Below are positions 1 through 13,098 of a stretch of DNA of 64,000 nt, piece by piece (the stretch's first letter is position 1; each line of letters starts with the position of its first letter). This DNA comes from a virus (taxonomy: Duplodnaviria > Caudoviricetes): positions 32,001 through 96,000 of IMG/VR virus record IMGVR_UViG_3300028591_000009, one strand, 5' to 3'. The notes below the pieces were generated by a model, which saw nothing but the letters and a program-made list of their open reading frames with translations, ran no database searches and was not told the DNA's origin. Made by a program: the position numbers and the translations under genes.

Positions 1-3000
1 AGAAACAATTGGTTTGATGACAATCTTGTTCCTACTATACAAGAAACATCAAAAGATGATATGGGAAATACCGTAAGTAACTATTTCTAGTATACAGTTG
101 CCGGAGAACCTATATTAATCTCGTTGGTAAAAACTACTATAGACGGCAATGGAATGAGAAGATTCCATGAGGCAACATTAGACAAACCAAAACTCATAAT
201 AAAGTTGCATAATTATGACGCTCATAGTTATAACAACCCACAAGACTTCAAGTTGTATAGATTTGTAAGAATGGGTACTGTATTTGATGCTGACGGAGAA
301 CCAATAAGCTTCCCTATATATGGAAGAATATCATAGATTGGCGGAGTAATGTACGGACATCATATTATTACGTATCGAGACGATCTTGATATGTCTTGGG
401 AGCGAGATACTAAATGGTATACAGACAATCTTGACGCCAAAATGGTCGAAGGTATTGCTCAAATAAAAGATCAATTTGAAATTGAGTTTAGGAAAAACGA
501 AGACCAAATAGCAAAAGGTGTTGTTACAAGAGAGGAGTTGAAATTAGAAACTGCCAAAAATATGGTAGAACAACCAATTATGGGTTCATATGAAGATGGA
601 ACTCCGATTGGGTATACAAGAAGTAATGCTACTTAGTTCTACGAAATGGTAAAATCCATGTCTATGTATCATGTTTTGTACGATAAGAAAAATGTTAGAT
701 ACGATCATAATAACTCTCTTAGATCAATTAAAAAACCAGAACCAATAAAAGATTCTAGTAGATATACGCTGCATTCAGGAGGTGCTCCAGGATCAGATAC
801 ATATTGGGGAGAAGTTGCTACTCAATATGGTATAGACAGTTAGCGTCATTATTATCACGGAGAACAATCTCCTTCTAATGCTCCAAACGCAAATACAAGA
901 ATAACAGAAGGTGATTATAACGAGGGTAAAAAAGAAGCTGCAGCTGCTGCAAAATATAATTGGGGTTATCAATACGATTCGATGAAAGACGATCGTCTTG
1001 TTCGCAATTGGAGCCAGGTTAAATACGCAGATGGAATATTTGCAATAGGCCATATAGCTAATCCTGGTGATCCTGTATTCCCAAATCAACCAAATGACAC
1101 TCGCAAAGCAATACATCCGTGTGTTTAGGGTGGTACTGGTTATGCAGTAGGAATGGCAATACTTCACTAGAAACCTGTATATGTGTTTGACCAAGAAGAA
1201 AATCAATGGTTTGCTTGGGATGGATCACAATTTAATCCTATAGATACTCCAACGCTAACTCTTAATTTTGCAGGCATTGGAACTAGAGAGATTAACGAAG
1301 CCGGTAAATAGGCAATTAGAGATGTTTTTGAAAAGACGTTTAAAAAGGTTGTAGAAACAAAGTCAGAAGAACAAAAGAAGATAGATATTTGGAGTACTAA
1401 TCACGACAAATATGCAAATCTTTCTAATGTTGCTATAAGATCTATTGATATTACCCCATCTATCGTATCTGTTGTAAACGAGCATTTCCCGCAAAAAGAA
1501 TCTGCAAAAGCTTTAGATAAACTTGATAATATAACAGAAAGTAGAATGATAAATCGCATATTGCGATTAGCTCCAGAAGGATTTGATAAGTTTAATTCTG
1601 TAGAACAACTATTCTAGCTTATTAAGTTCGAAGCAATGAAGCAATTTATAAGAGAATCTGCTAAAGATTTATACGGATTATCTGGTGTAGATATTGCAAA
1701 AGGATCTACTGAAACTGCTGCTGCAATAAAGAGTGTACTGGATGGTATTAAAGATAAGCAGGATAGAATATTTAAGTCCACCGGATCTAAGATTACTTCT
1801 ATAAGCCATGAAATGATACCTGATATTGATGGTATTAGAGATGCGTTCTTTAACGAAAAGTGGAATCAAGGTGGTCCAGATAATGTATTGAACAGTACTG
1901 CATATGCTATTATTCGCGAGATAATGCTACAATCGTTCTTACAAAATACAGGAGCAGCAAAGTTATTGTTGTCTACAGAGGATTCTGAATTGACACACGA
2001 GAAAGGCGGACTTTATTGGAAGACTGGATTCCCAGCTGCGCTTATGAGCGTTCGTGCCGAAATAGCAGAAAACTATAATACCATTAAAGATGTTGAAAGT
2101 AGAGCTCTTACTTTATTAGGTGGAGATGAAATGGCATATAAGGAATATACGACAGCCATTAAAGCCGGAAAAGAAGGAAAGATGTTCTCTGATGTAGAAC
2201 CGTTCTTTACTCCGGAAGAAGCCGAGCAAATAAAATAGGCTATTCCTAATATGAAGTTCATGGGTAATGATGGTAAGCTTATTGTTACTAGTGCTAGCAG
2301 ACACACAGATCCTGTATTCTATGCAACAGAAGTAATAAATATACTTAGAGAAAATTCTACCAAGCCGTTTACCGATCCAACTAGAATAAATGTTATTGAG
2401 TTATGGAGTAAACATGACGGCATACCAATGTAGAACATTCTCGAGGCTTGTAAGAAGTATAGAGTTGCTCCGATGGTATCATTTAGTATTACAACGCTTG
2501 GAAATACAGTATTTGAGCCTGGTGTTATGAAAGCAGACGATTTGCTTGATAATATAGAAAAGCTTATAAATATAGGTATTCTTGATCCAAGGGTTACTAC
2601 TTTTAGAATAGATCCAATTCTTGTTGGCGTTACTAGTATTCAACAGCTTAAACATGTTATAGAACGTGGTGCGAACATGGGTATTAGAAAGTTTGTTACA
2701 TCTCCTGTACAATCGTATGCGTCTATGCCAAATAGAAGCGTAATTCCTTATGTTGACAAAGCTCTCAAGTCTGACAGTGATTCGTTTATAAAATATCCAG
2801 ATGCTGTAACACAGACTGGAGAATACAACTGGATGAAATATTATGGTAAAGATAAACATAGACCACAATACATAGCGTTTACACCAAAAGCTGAATATGT
2901 TAAACCATACATAGACATGTTCCAAGAAATGATGTCTAAATATGGAATATCTATACAAAGCTGTGCTGTACCTATGGCAGGACTTACACCTTCTGCATGT

Positions 3001-3612
3001 CTTGACCCAGAAATCATAGAAGCTATTACTTCTCTTAAGACAGATGCAGTAGAGGATGCTACTAGAAAGTTCTGTAAGTGTTACGGTGTACATTCTGATG
3101 TATTTAGATACAATGACGAATGTAAGAGTTCTTGTGTATATTGTTATGCAGGACAAATGAAGACAGATCCGTTTGATTATTATGACGAATATGGAAAACT
3201 AAAAGATTTTGCTTATAGTAAAGTAAATGAGTATTCTGAAATAGAAGACGGTCCTGTTAAAGTTGTAATTCGCAACGACGAATATACACTGAATGGAAGA
3301 GATGTTGTAGACGCAAATGGACAACCTGTTGACGCTGATACCAAAAATCGTGTAATATGGAAACGTGCAGTTGATATAAACAAGGCAAATCTTGTCAAGG
3401 TTGGCGGTATATATTATGTTGTAACAAACACTGGTATTATATTTAACTGGGGTACTGCTAAAGTTGAAAACTTTGGAAAATATGATACCTTAAAGAAGAC
3501 TATTTTAAGAGCTGCACAGGTTCAATATGATAAACCTGTAGTAAGCACTGTATTTAATGCAGCTGAGTTAAAACAACTTGGCGAATCACGTAAAAAATTC
3601 TGTAAAGTTTAA
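1..3612 (+). CDS. C-terminal part of a giant virion (cargo-type) protein, TAG-recoded, with SLOG-like, NADAR-like and DUF1848-like domains; 5' end lies outside the window
   Basis: Track ORFs 124, 349, 646, 1636, 2251 and 2473 are all frame 1; the breaks I read are TAG and the ORF ends TAA at 3610-3612. Motifs LHSGGAPGSD/GGTGYAV/FAGIGTR (SLOG), LSN..SVEQLFQ..LLLST..LTH (NADAR), FSITT..FEPGV..FRIDP..CxxxCVYCYA (DUF1848). Confidence 0.8.
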
Positions 3613-3614
3613 TT

Positions 3615-6600
3615 ATGGTATGTATTTATAATCCGTCTACGGAACAAATAAATGCATTAGATCGATATTCACGTATACTAGGCAGCGAAGAAGCTGCCTA
3701 CTACGTGTTATCGTAGAATAATGGATTTCCGCTAGACAAAACACCGAGCGATGAAGATTCTGACTTATATATAGATCTTGTCAATCATTATGGCAACGAA
3801 GAAGAAGCTATAAGAACAAAAGCAATGTTGTATACACAGCGATTCTTTGATGCAAATGGAGACTGGACTATGGGTTCGATGACTGATCCCTCGATGTATG
3901 ATGCAAAAGGAGAACCAAAGTCAAGTTTTGTACTTGGTTCAATGACTGGTGAAATGGAAAGTCTTATGAATCACCAGTTTTTGTTGGATACAGTTCATCC
4001 AACAATAGAATAGAGCGATCTTTCCAGAATTAGCCCTACAGATGATTTATCTGATTACGCTGTAGAATAGTTGATTAGGGAAAGCTACGATTAGTATACA
4101 GAACGACATAGAAACGAATATAAAAGAAACCATCCATCTGCCACAGATACCGAACTTGCCGAGTAGGAAGTTGTTGCTAGCAGATAGTGGTATAGTCGTA
4201 AGGTGTAGTCTATATTAACCGAACAAGTTAGATCTCTAGCTGAAGCTTTTGGATTGGTATATATACAAAAACCGAATGGTACTGTAGAATTACAAACAAG
4301 AGGAAGAAATGCTGTTACTGGTGTAAAAGAGCTAAGATTGAAGTTTTTAAATAATATAATAAACGATAGATTTGAAGACGAGTTAAGACAGTCTATATTA
4401 GGAAATGTAGTATTGTCTAAAGAGTTTACACTTAAAGTTCCAGGCGCAAAAGATTACATAAACGAAGCTGTTATACAACGTCGTAAAAGCGATAAGTTAA
4501 TAGCTGCTAGTACTCTTATAAACGTAAGCCTTACAGGTGGTACATCTACAACTGTAAATAAAGCATTAGCGTATCATTATATTACAATGTTTGTAGATAG
4601 CCCTCTAATTCAAGCTGGTTTGGAGGCCGTGAGAGATACTGACGACAGAAGCGAATTGTATCTTGTAAATAAGCTAGTTGATATAATAACAACTCCAGCC
4701 ATAGTTGGTGTAGAAAATTCTTCTTACGTTGGTAAAGCTTTTGAAAATGGAGTGTCTTATGAAACGTTTAAATCGTTTTGGGACGAATTCGACGATCTTA
4801 TTCATTAGGTTATAACAAACGGTGTAAAGTCTGAAGAAGCTAAAAAGAAGATATTATCTGTAGTTGCTGCAGCATTTATAACAAATGATCAATATAACTT
4901 GTGGAATCGCTCATTTGGTTATATGACAACAGGACCGATCGATTATTATGCGCAATGGTATTCTACAAAATATAAACCTTGGGGTGAATAGAATGAGGCT
5001 TAGTTATCAGAAATAGAAGCGTTCTTCAATTTATTGGAAACGTATTATCAAAATAAAATAAAAAGACAGGAACGAGATGCCAACGTATCTGCCGAACAAA
5101 CAACAAGAACCTCATTGGCTTTATAGTTCTTATAGTAGTCTGATAAAATGGATCCTACTTCGCAAGAAGAAGTTTTTAATAGTCTGTTTGAACTTGCATA
5201 TCAAGAAATTAGAGATGCCACGGAAGCTATTCAAAACCTCCATAATATAACTGGTATAAACGATAGATTTTCTAAGCTTGGTAGTATGTATAGCGATACA
5301 ATATCGTTTTATAATTATATACTAAATAATTAGCTAACTAAACATTTTGATCCAAGCAGTACAAAATTCCCAAGACAGATTGGTATGTATAATATGTTGT
5401 CTAATATGCTAAAAACATTAGATGGCATGTATAAAGAAAAACTGTATGATGTTTCATGTGAGTTTGTCGATAAATATATAGACAAACATATGGATATAAA
5501 TCAGGTAACTGCCGAAATGGTAAGGAACGCCAAAGAAAACGCACATAGAGAGCTTAGAAATAATGCTATATATGGAGATCTTAAGAATTACGAACTGTGG
5601 ATTACAATGAACTCTTTATCCAAAAGTTCGGTAGTAAGAATGATGCATGATTCTTTGCGCAGATTGAATTATAATCGAGATCAAGAAACATTATATGTGG
5701 CTCAATAGCTGCAAAAAGCTTTAAAAAAGGCATAGAAATCTTTGCTTAAAGGTGGAATTAAGTGGGCAGGATATAGGTTTGTACCAAAGAATTTCCAGAT
5801 GTTGTTTATGGAAAGATATGATGACGGTACACCTTCTGGAATGTTTACAAGAAAACGTCATTATGGTAATTTCTTTAAACGTAGAGCAGAGCTTGTAGTA
5901 CAGTTAGTAAGAGACATCGAGAAAGATATACAAAATAAAACTGGAAACATATATTTCAAGATGGAGCTTGATGACTACGGCAACCCTATATTTCCTGACG
6001 GAGAAGAGTGGGATGAATATTGGAGAAAATATTCACACGCTGTCAATGATTTTGAATGCAAAAATGGACATAAACGCTTCTTGCAAGAATATTACGACCT
6101 AAGAATAGATACTTTATCTAGAAAAGCAATTGCTCTCGAAGATAATATATAGAATTCTATAGATATAATCGAAAGTAGTGTGACAGAAGATGAGGTTTAT
6201 CGTCCAGACAGACTAACCAGAGAAGAGCGTGCTTAGTTATAGGATTTATATAGACAGCAAGATAATCTTGGAAATGAATATACTTTACTTGGAGAAAAGA
6301 AAAATGGAGAAGACCTTAAAATAGCTTAGGAAATAAAAGAGTTTAGAAGGCTTATTAAAGATCGCGTTGTTTATGAAACAGACGAAGATAAATATGAAGC
6401 CGCCAAAGCTAAAGTAGATCCGTCTGAGTTATCAGAATTTGAAAAATGGTCTACAAGTCTAGAAATAAATCCAAAATTTTGGGAAATTTATAAAATTCTC
6501 CAAAAAGAATACAGAGATCAATTTCCAGCTTATTTGAATCCTAATTTTGAACAAATAGAACGTCTTGGTAAAGAACGAAATGATATCGTAGATATAGTAA

Positions 6601-9600
6601 AACACAGACGCGGTTTTGCAATGCCAAATTTAAGAGATTTATCAGAAAGCTCTTGGAGAAGAGTAAAAGAGATAGATGAAGAAATGGATATTGCATACGA
6701 ACCGATTGTTGCGTATATGAAGTCAATGCCAAAAGGGTCTTTAATTCCTTCAGCATTCAAACGTATAGCAAGGTTAGATGATGTTATGGACAATAAAGAA
6801 CCAGACACAACAGCGTTTGACGCGTTAATGGATGAAGCAAGACAACTAGACGATGAAGAATCTTTAGCTTTAGGTGTTCGTGTAAACACACACGAAATGG
6901 AAGCTTTGGATAAATATACAAGAACCGTTGTTACTGATGGAGGAATAAAAACAGTTCCGTTAAGTATATTTTCATATATGAAACCTTCCGTTTTCCCAGA
7001 CGACGTAAAAGCCAGATTTGGAATAGGAGACGATTTTAAATATACGTTAATGCTTCCAAATAGAAAGTATAATAAGATGGTTGAACCAAGTTCTTCTAGA
7101 TATGCAGAACCATCTCTTGTTGATCCTGAATTTGATCCAAACGAAGATTCATATGTACAACCAACAGAGTTAAATCCAATATACGAAGTACTTGAAAAAG
7201 AGGCACCAAAAGAAGTATTTGAACTATATAAGTTATGCATGCAAATAAAACAAGAAGCTGACACATATATACCAATAAGTACAAAGCTTAAATATTTCTT
7301 ACCTCAAATGAGAGCATCTGATATGGCTGTAATAAGTAGAATGTTATCAAGAGGTTTATTGTCAACAACATAGGAAGTGTTTACAAATAAATTTATCGCC
7401 AACGAAACCGATGAAGAAATCATAGATGATTTTACTACACTTCCAGACGGAACTAGAGTAAACAGTGTTCCTTTAAAATTTGTTGATAAACTCAGAGATC
7501 CTTCACTATTATCTTCAGATGTTGTAGGTTCGCTAGTGCTTTATCAACACATGGCATCTAACTATTATTATAAACAATAGGTTGAGCAGTTATATCAAGC
7601 GTTATTATAGCAACTCGGTTAGGATTCTGATATTGTTACAGACGACGGAACCAGACATCTTGTACTTGGTAAAACAACAAACCAATATGCAAAATATAAA
7701 AACGTAATGGATAATTTGTTGTATGACCAAAAACAATTATGGGGAGAACGTGGAAGTTAGAAAATAACTGGTGTACAAAAAACTTTAATAAAAACCGCAA
7801 AATTTATTGCAAAACTTGGTACTATAACTGCATTGGGAAGAAATATTCTATCCTAGACTACCGGTTTCTTTGATGCTGCCGGAAAATTACATTCGTTTGC
7901 TTTTGCAGGAGACGCGTTTAATGTTAAGAATATAACAAGAGCTATTGCAATTTTTGATAAATATTTAATATCTGGAAGACTGTTTTTGGCTACTGGATAG
8001 ATATTACCAAACAATATAATAGCTGCGATAATGCAGAAGAATAATTTGAGCACTGGAATTCAATATAAATATCAGGGTGGATATAAAAATCGCTTTAGAA
8101 GATTTGTTGGAATGGAGCGCTCTGGTATGGGTGGATTTAGAGTTAGTGATTACGCTATAAATGCAGTTACAGCATTGTCTATATACGACAATTACAGACT
8201 ATTAGACGATTAGTTTTTACCAGAACGATCATTTAAAAATAAGCTGTATAAACTAGGATATTCCTCAAAAGAAATAGATAGAATGTACGATGACGCGTTA
8301 CCGTTATTGGACGCATATAATTATAAAGATAGTGTATTCTTCTTTGGAGATCCTGAGTTTGAACTTAAACAAGAGTATAAAGATATGCTCGGTGAAGCTG
8401 GTGTTACAAAACTAGAACAAGATATAGCAATAGCTGTATAGACTTGGACTCCAAAATTTAACGGAGCTGTTGCCGATGAAGATAAAGCTGTAATACAACA
8501 AAACATACTTGCTGGTTTTACAGTTGCTCTTCGTTCGTATCTCATTAATGAATTACAAACGCGTTTTGTAAACGGTGCAGATTTTTAGGATCCAAATATA
8601 TCTGAACACAAGCTTGAAATATTATAGGCTAGAAGAAAGGCTCTTGTTAAAGTATACAAACAGTCTTTAACTGATAATAAAAAGAAAACTAAACTACAAA
8701 AGCTTTTTGATAGACGTTCTGAAATAGAAGCAGAATTAATAAGTCTTAAGAGTTCTGGTGATATTAACAGTATAAATTGGGGTAATATAAAAGATTTAAT
8801 CGGATTATCTTCTATTGAGGTTGGGCTAGGATATGTTATAGGAAGTATAGCAGGCCCTGTTGGAGCATATGTTGGAGCTGGTCTTGGATTAGCTCAAGCG
8901 GCTGCAAACTTTTATACAAACCGTAAATAGTCTTCTGGAAGTAATGTTGGTATATTTATGTCTAAAGTTCGTAAATTAGAAGTCGAACTTAAAAGTATAA
9001 ATGCCTAGATTAGAGCGTATGAAGCTAGCGATAGCCGAGATTTGATTCTTATGGAAATACAATAGATAAACGAGCAAATTGTAAACATAAAAAATAAAAT
9101 CAATGAAAATCAAGGCTATTACGACTATGCGAGAAATATGTATACAAACGGATCTAATAGACTTGCCGGAAGATTAATTATGAATCTTGCTAGAAAAGCA
9201 CAGTTTTATATAAACACAATGCTTCCAGAAAGATTTAAGAGTTTATCTCCGAAATATAATCCAAAAATAACTCCAAATCAAATAAAAGGACTTAAACGTA
9301 TTGTTTATGATCTTGTACGTTTGATGTAGTGGTGGCTTATAACAACATTCTGTTTGTCATGGTATCGTTACGATGACGGTAGAGCTTTCTTAGGTGGAAA
9401 GTTCAACGAATAGACAACTTCTGTAATGCATAAAATGGATAGTGGTATAAAATCTGCCATAGACCCTGTAATGACATCTGATACATGGATTAAATTCTGG
9501 GAAGGTGTACACGATTCTTCGACAGATGGAGTTATTAGTCATATACCATTCTTTGATAAAGTTGCAGAAAACAAGTCTGACGCAATGCTTGGTTATACTA

Positions 9601-10106
9601 AAAAAGTTAGTAGAACTACAAAAGCAGTTACACGTAAAAAAATGGATGCTGTTCAAAAACAATTAGATTTTATAAAAATAGCAGCCGCTGCTTAGTCTCT
9701 CAAAAACTTTACAGAAGGTATAGCACCATACGACTACCAGACAATCAACGACCTTACAAACTCAGTTTCTGCAACAATAAATGTAATGACAAAATCTGTA
9801 GAGGCTGGACAAAATATGATTGTTGAAGGCCAACAAGGTAAACTAGAAGATCCTATGCAAGGTGGACCTTATACGGGATATTTTACCAGATCGGAATATG
9901 GTGCTGCACATTCTTGGTATAGGCCTTTTGGTTATCCTGCTTCTTATGAACAATCTACAGAAATAGGTTTGGTTAACCGCGTTAATTATCTAGGAAATAC
10001 TGGTCTTAATAGATTTGTAATACCCAAGAAAGAATCTGTTTAGAAGAAAGGAAATAAAAAGAAGAGCGGTAGAAAATCAAATCGTGGTGGACGTAAGTTA
10101 CGTTAA
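3615..10106 (+). CDS. Giant (~2160 aa) TAG-recoded virion/ejection protein with a hydrophobic Gly-rich segment
   Basis: ATG at 3615; track ORFs 3825 to 9786 share one frame, split by TAG; ends TAA 10104-10106; position matches the last giant cargo gene of crAss-like phages. Confidence 0.75.
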
Positions 10107-10160
10107 CTTTTAAAATCAAACGAAAAGTTTCTTTTATAATATTCTGTAATATGCAGTCTT

Positions 10161-10206
10161 AATAAAAAAAGCCTGGCTATCATTTTTCGATAGCTAGGCT
10201 TTCTTT
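10161..10206. terminator. Intrinsic terminator between the converging late and early blocks
   Basis: AAAGCCTGGCTATC-7nt-GATAGCTAGGCTTT hairpin with A/T tracts on both sides. Confidence 0.7.
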
Positions 10207-10680
10207 GTATCCTGATTCCGTTGTTAAGTCTGGATAAGAATAATCCTCCTCTGGTACAGACGCTGTATCTATACCAAGAAGAGGATTTTCACCAAGTAAT
10301 ATACGATTTACATCAGATTCTTCTAAATTCCAAAACTTTAATGTTTTTTCAACGTCGGCTCTATCAAAACTTGGAATTCCTTTTAGCAAACTTTTCATTT
10401 TACTTCCAATCAAAGATATAGTATACAATGTATAATAATGTCCTTGAATTTTAACAGTTTTCCAAGAGTATAAAGACTTCATTTGCTGTATTTTAGACAT
10501 AACAACTGCACCTTCATATGTACGGTCTTCTGCTCTATACAACAAAAATAAATGATTTAACAAGTCTGGATGATTTATATTGTTTATATAACCATTAACA
10601 AATCCAGCCTGACTAGTAAAATCATCTTTTGAAAAATTTTCATCTATTAATGGAATTATTAGTTTTACTTGTGTACTCAT
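10180..10680 (-). CDS. Hypothetical protein
   Basis: 166 aa ORF overlapping the stop of the upstream nuclease. Confidence 0.7.
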   Translation of the reverse strand: MSTQVKLIIPLIDENFSKDDFTSQAGFVNGYINNINHPDLLNHLFLLYRAEDRTYEGAVVMSKIQQMKSLYSWKTVKIQGHYYTLYTISLIGSKMKSLLKGIPSFDRADVEKTLKFWNLEESDVNRILLGENPLLGIDTASVPEEDYSYPDLTTESGYKESLAIEK

Positions 10681-11693
10681 AGGTTCAATGACTCTGAGCC
10701 ATCGCCTTCATAATATTCTCTACTATGTTCCCACTTATTGTTAGTCTGATGCCAATATATATCTTGCATAGCTTTCAATATAGTATCTTTTCTAGAATAT
10801 ACATCAAACTGATCAATCTTAAATACACGAATATCACCACTTCCTGTAGTATCTATACCGATAATATAGAACTCAAAAGACCATTTATTCCAGTCTTCTT
10901 TGAGCTCATATCGCAAATACCATACGACAGCTTGATAATAATAACAAAGCTGTCTGAGATAGTCATATTGATTCATACTATCCTCAAAGTGCCATAACTT
11001 TTGTGTAGTCTTTAAGTCATATATGATAGCTTTCTTATTCTTAAAATCAAGAGTAAGACCATCTAACAATGACTTACACGCAACACCAGCTGCCATTTTT
11101 ACATAGTATGTCCAGTTTATATGAAATTCGTGATGATTCTCAAACACTACATCATCTTTATAATCACGAAGTGTTCTCGAAGCTTCTATTATAGAGTAAG
11201 CAAGTTTATGGGATTGTACATTCTGCTTAATTCTCTCAAGCATTCTGTACTCTGAAGGAGTTATCATAATACGACCATCGTTTTCTTTCAGGAAGTCTAT
11301 ATAATCCTTCAGCGTAGAGGCTATTTTCAGGCCTTCTGACAGCATTTTGTCTTCTGACTTTCCTGCTGTACTATATGCTTCTTTATAAGCGCTTAGAATG
11401 GCTCTATTCGGCTCTATTTCTAAAGAAGATGCTAAAGCCTGACAGAACTTCTCTTGCTGTGCAGAGAAAGGTCTACTTTTGTTCCAGACTACATAGTCCT
11501 TTTGAAACTCTTCAGGCTGTAACAGATACTCGTGAATCATAGTTCCACGCTCCAACACAGGGTTCTTTTCCTCTGGTGGAGGGTCTGTAAGCATCTTATG
11601 CAAAAAGGCTGGTCCCTTGTTTAGGAACCAGCCTATGTTCGAATTGGATATTCTAGTTAAATCCTCATAATAAGGAACTGATATGTCCATCAT
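10677..11693 (-). CDS. PD-(D/E)XK exonuclease (RecE/DUF3799-like)
   Basis: ISNSNI..RGTMIHEYLL, KSLLD..IYDLKTT, YLRQLCYY motifs. Confidence 0.8.
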   Translation of the reverse strand: MMDISVPYYEDLTRISNSNIGWFLNKGPAFLHKMLTDPPPEEKNPVLERGTMIHEYLLQPEEFQKDYVVWNKSRPFSAQQEKFCQALASSLEIEPNRAILSAYKEAYSTAGKSEDKMLSEGLKIASTLKDYIDFLKENDGRIMITPSEYRMLERIKQNVQSHKLAYSIIEASRTLRDYKDDVVFENHHEFHINWTYYVKMAAGVACKSLLDGLTLDFKNKKAIIYDLKTTQKLWHFEDSMNQYDYLRQLCYYYQAVVWYLRYELKEDWNKWSFEFYIIGIDTTGSGDIRVFKIDQFDVYSRKDTILKAMQDIYWHQTNNKWEHSREYYEGDGSESLNL

Positions 11694-12472
11694 CGTTTAG
11701 ATATGTTAAGGAATTCAATAATATCATCAAAGGAATCATCAGGATTATTCTTTATCTCTTCTCCAAATATAATAACATTATCATAAGATATAGTATCAAC
11801 ATTGCTGCAAATATATTCTGCTGCTGCATCTGCTTTATCTTTATCCCCAATAATATCATTAATGATTCCTTTAACACTATCCTTTGTAAGACCTCCAAAA
11901 CACTTCTTATAACGTATACGAGAACACCTATCGTTCAAATACGTATTGATTTCCTTCTCATCATTACATGTTGCAATAACCATCTTTTTACAAGTAGGTT
12001 TTACACCATCTAAAAATCCAAGGAGATAACGAGTATTCCAATACTTATCGATTTCGTCAAAGATAATACATACATCGGTTGTAAATTTCGCAAAAAACGG
12101 CTCAATGTCATCAGACGACATTTTACTGTCTACTACTATGATAGGCAGGCCAGACTCTTTAGCTATTTTCTTAGCCATAAGTGTCTTACCACATCCTTTC
12201 ATACCACTAAGAAGTATGCCTGTTGTCATCTTCTCAGTTTTATTAAACGTATCGATAGCTTTGTTTATAAATTTAATATCTTTATCGTTCAAATAGTACT
12301 TCTTTGGAAATTCGAAATCTTTGTCTTCGACTAAATAATCCACATACAAATCACGATCGTGAATTAAAGTATATACCTTACCTGGTATAAGATCATAGTC
12401 TACACCGAAAGGTTTTGGGATTATATGGCCGTTATCATTGACAAAAGAATTGTTTTTATTTTGTTTTTCCAT
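11690..12472 (-). CDS. AAA+ ATPase
   Basis: Walker A GMKGCGKT, Walker B IIFDEID, ATCN, DRCSR. Confidence 0.85.
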   Translation of the reverse strand: MEKQNKNNSFVNDNGHIIPKPFGVDYDLIPGKVYTLIHDRDLYVDYLVEDKDFEFPKKYYLNDKDIKFINKAIDTFNKTEKMTTGILLSGMKGCGKTLMAKKIAKESGLPIIVVDSKMSSDDIEPFFAKFTTDVCIIFDEIDKYWNTRYLLGFLDGVKPTCKKMVIATCNDEKEINTYLNDRCSRIRYKKCFGGLTKDSVKGIINDIIGDKDKADAAAEYICSNVDTISYDNVIIFGEEIKNNPDDSFDDIIEFLNISKR

Positions 12473-12854
12473 TTTTACTGACTTTAAGTTCTTGAATCAT
12501 GGCGTCTACATCTTTATGATTTCTCACAAGATATAGCTTAGTTTTCGCGTGATGCTTATACAAGTAATACTTGAAAAGCTTCCAACGCAAAGGAAATGAA
12601 TCTCCCATAAGACCTTTACATTCTACTATAAAACCTCGTCCTACGAAGTCTGGTAGATATGTAATAGGTCTTATTTTTTGACCCATCCACTCGAACTTTG
12701 GTAGCAGAGTAAAATGCTTTGGCTCATATTTTACAGGTATCCCTGCTTCCATAAAAGCTTCATACGTATAGAGTTCGAGCTTACTACGAAAATGTAGTCC
12801 ATACGCATCGACCGCTGTCGCATTTTTAACCCTACCTTTAGACTTCGACATCAT
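12456..12854 (-). CDS. DUF1064/endonuclease I-like nuclease (possible Holliday junction resolvase)
   Basis: FRSKLE..YEP..F.L..TYLPDF..IVECKG motif. Confidence 0.75.
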   Translation of the reverse strand: MMSKSKGRVKNATAVDAYGLHFRSKLELYTYEAFMEAGIPVKYEPKHFTLLPKFEWMGQKIRPITYLPDFVGRGFIVECKGLMGDSFPLRWKLFKYYLYKHHAKTKLYLVRNHKDVDAMIQELKVSKNGKTK

Positions 12855-13098
12855 AACAGATGTCCTTCACACCTCTATCGTCTAATCGAACTGCTGTAAT
12901 GATTTTACCATTCTTTCTTATAGCAACATAGGTATACTTGTCATTATCAAACTTTCTATCTATGGCTATCAGTTCGTATCCATCCGATAAACTCTTAATC
13001 ACATAAGGCTGTGTAGCATTCTTATATGAAATGTATAGTGATACGATTGTGGTGATAAACGCACCCAAAAACGTACCAAGGATCAATGTCTCAACCAT
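12838..13098 (-). CDS. Small membrane-anchored protein
   Basis: N-terminal hydrophobic helix; overlaps both neighbours. Confidence 0.6.
   Translation of the reverse strand: MVETLILGTFLGAFITTIVSLYISYKNATQPYVIKSLSDGYELIAIDRKFDNDKYTYVAIRKNGKIITAVRLDDRGVKDICYDVEV

Noticed and set aside
1-10106. Calling either giant protein the virion RNA polymerase
   Set aside because: I did not see the catalytic DxDxD motif in the window; it may lie upstream
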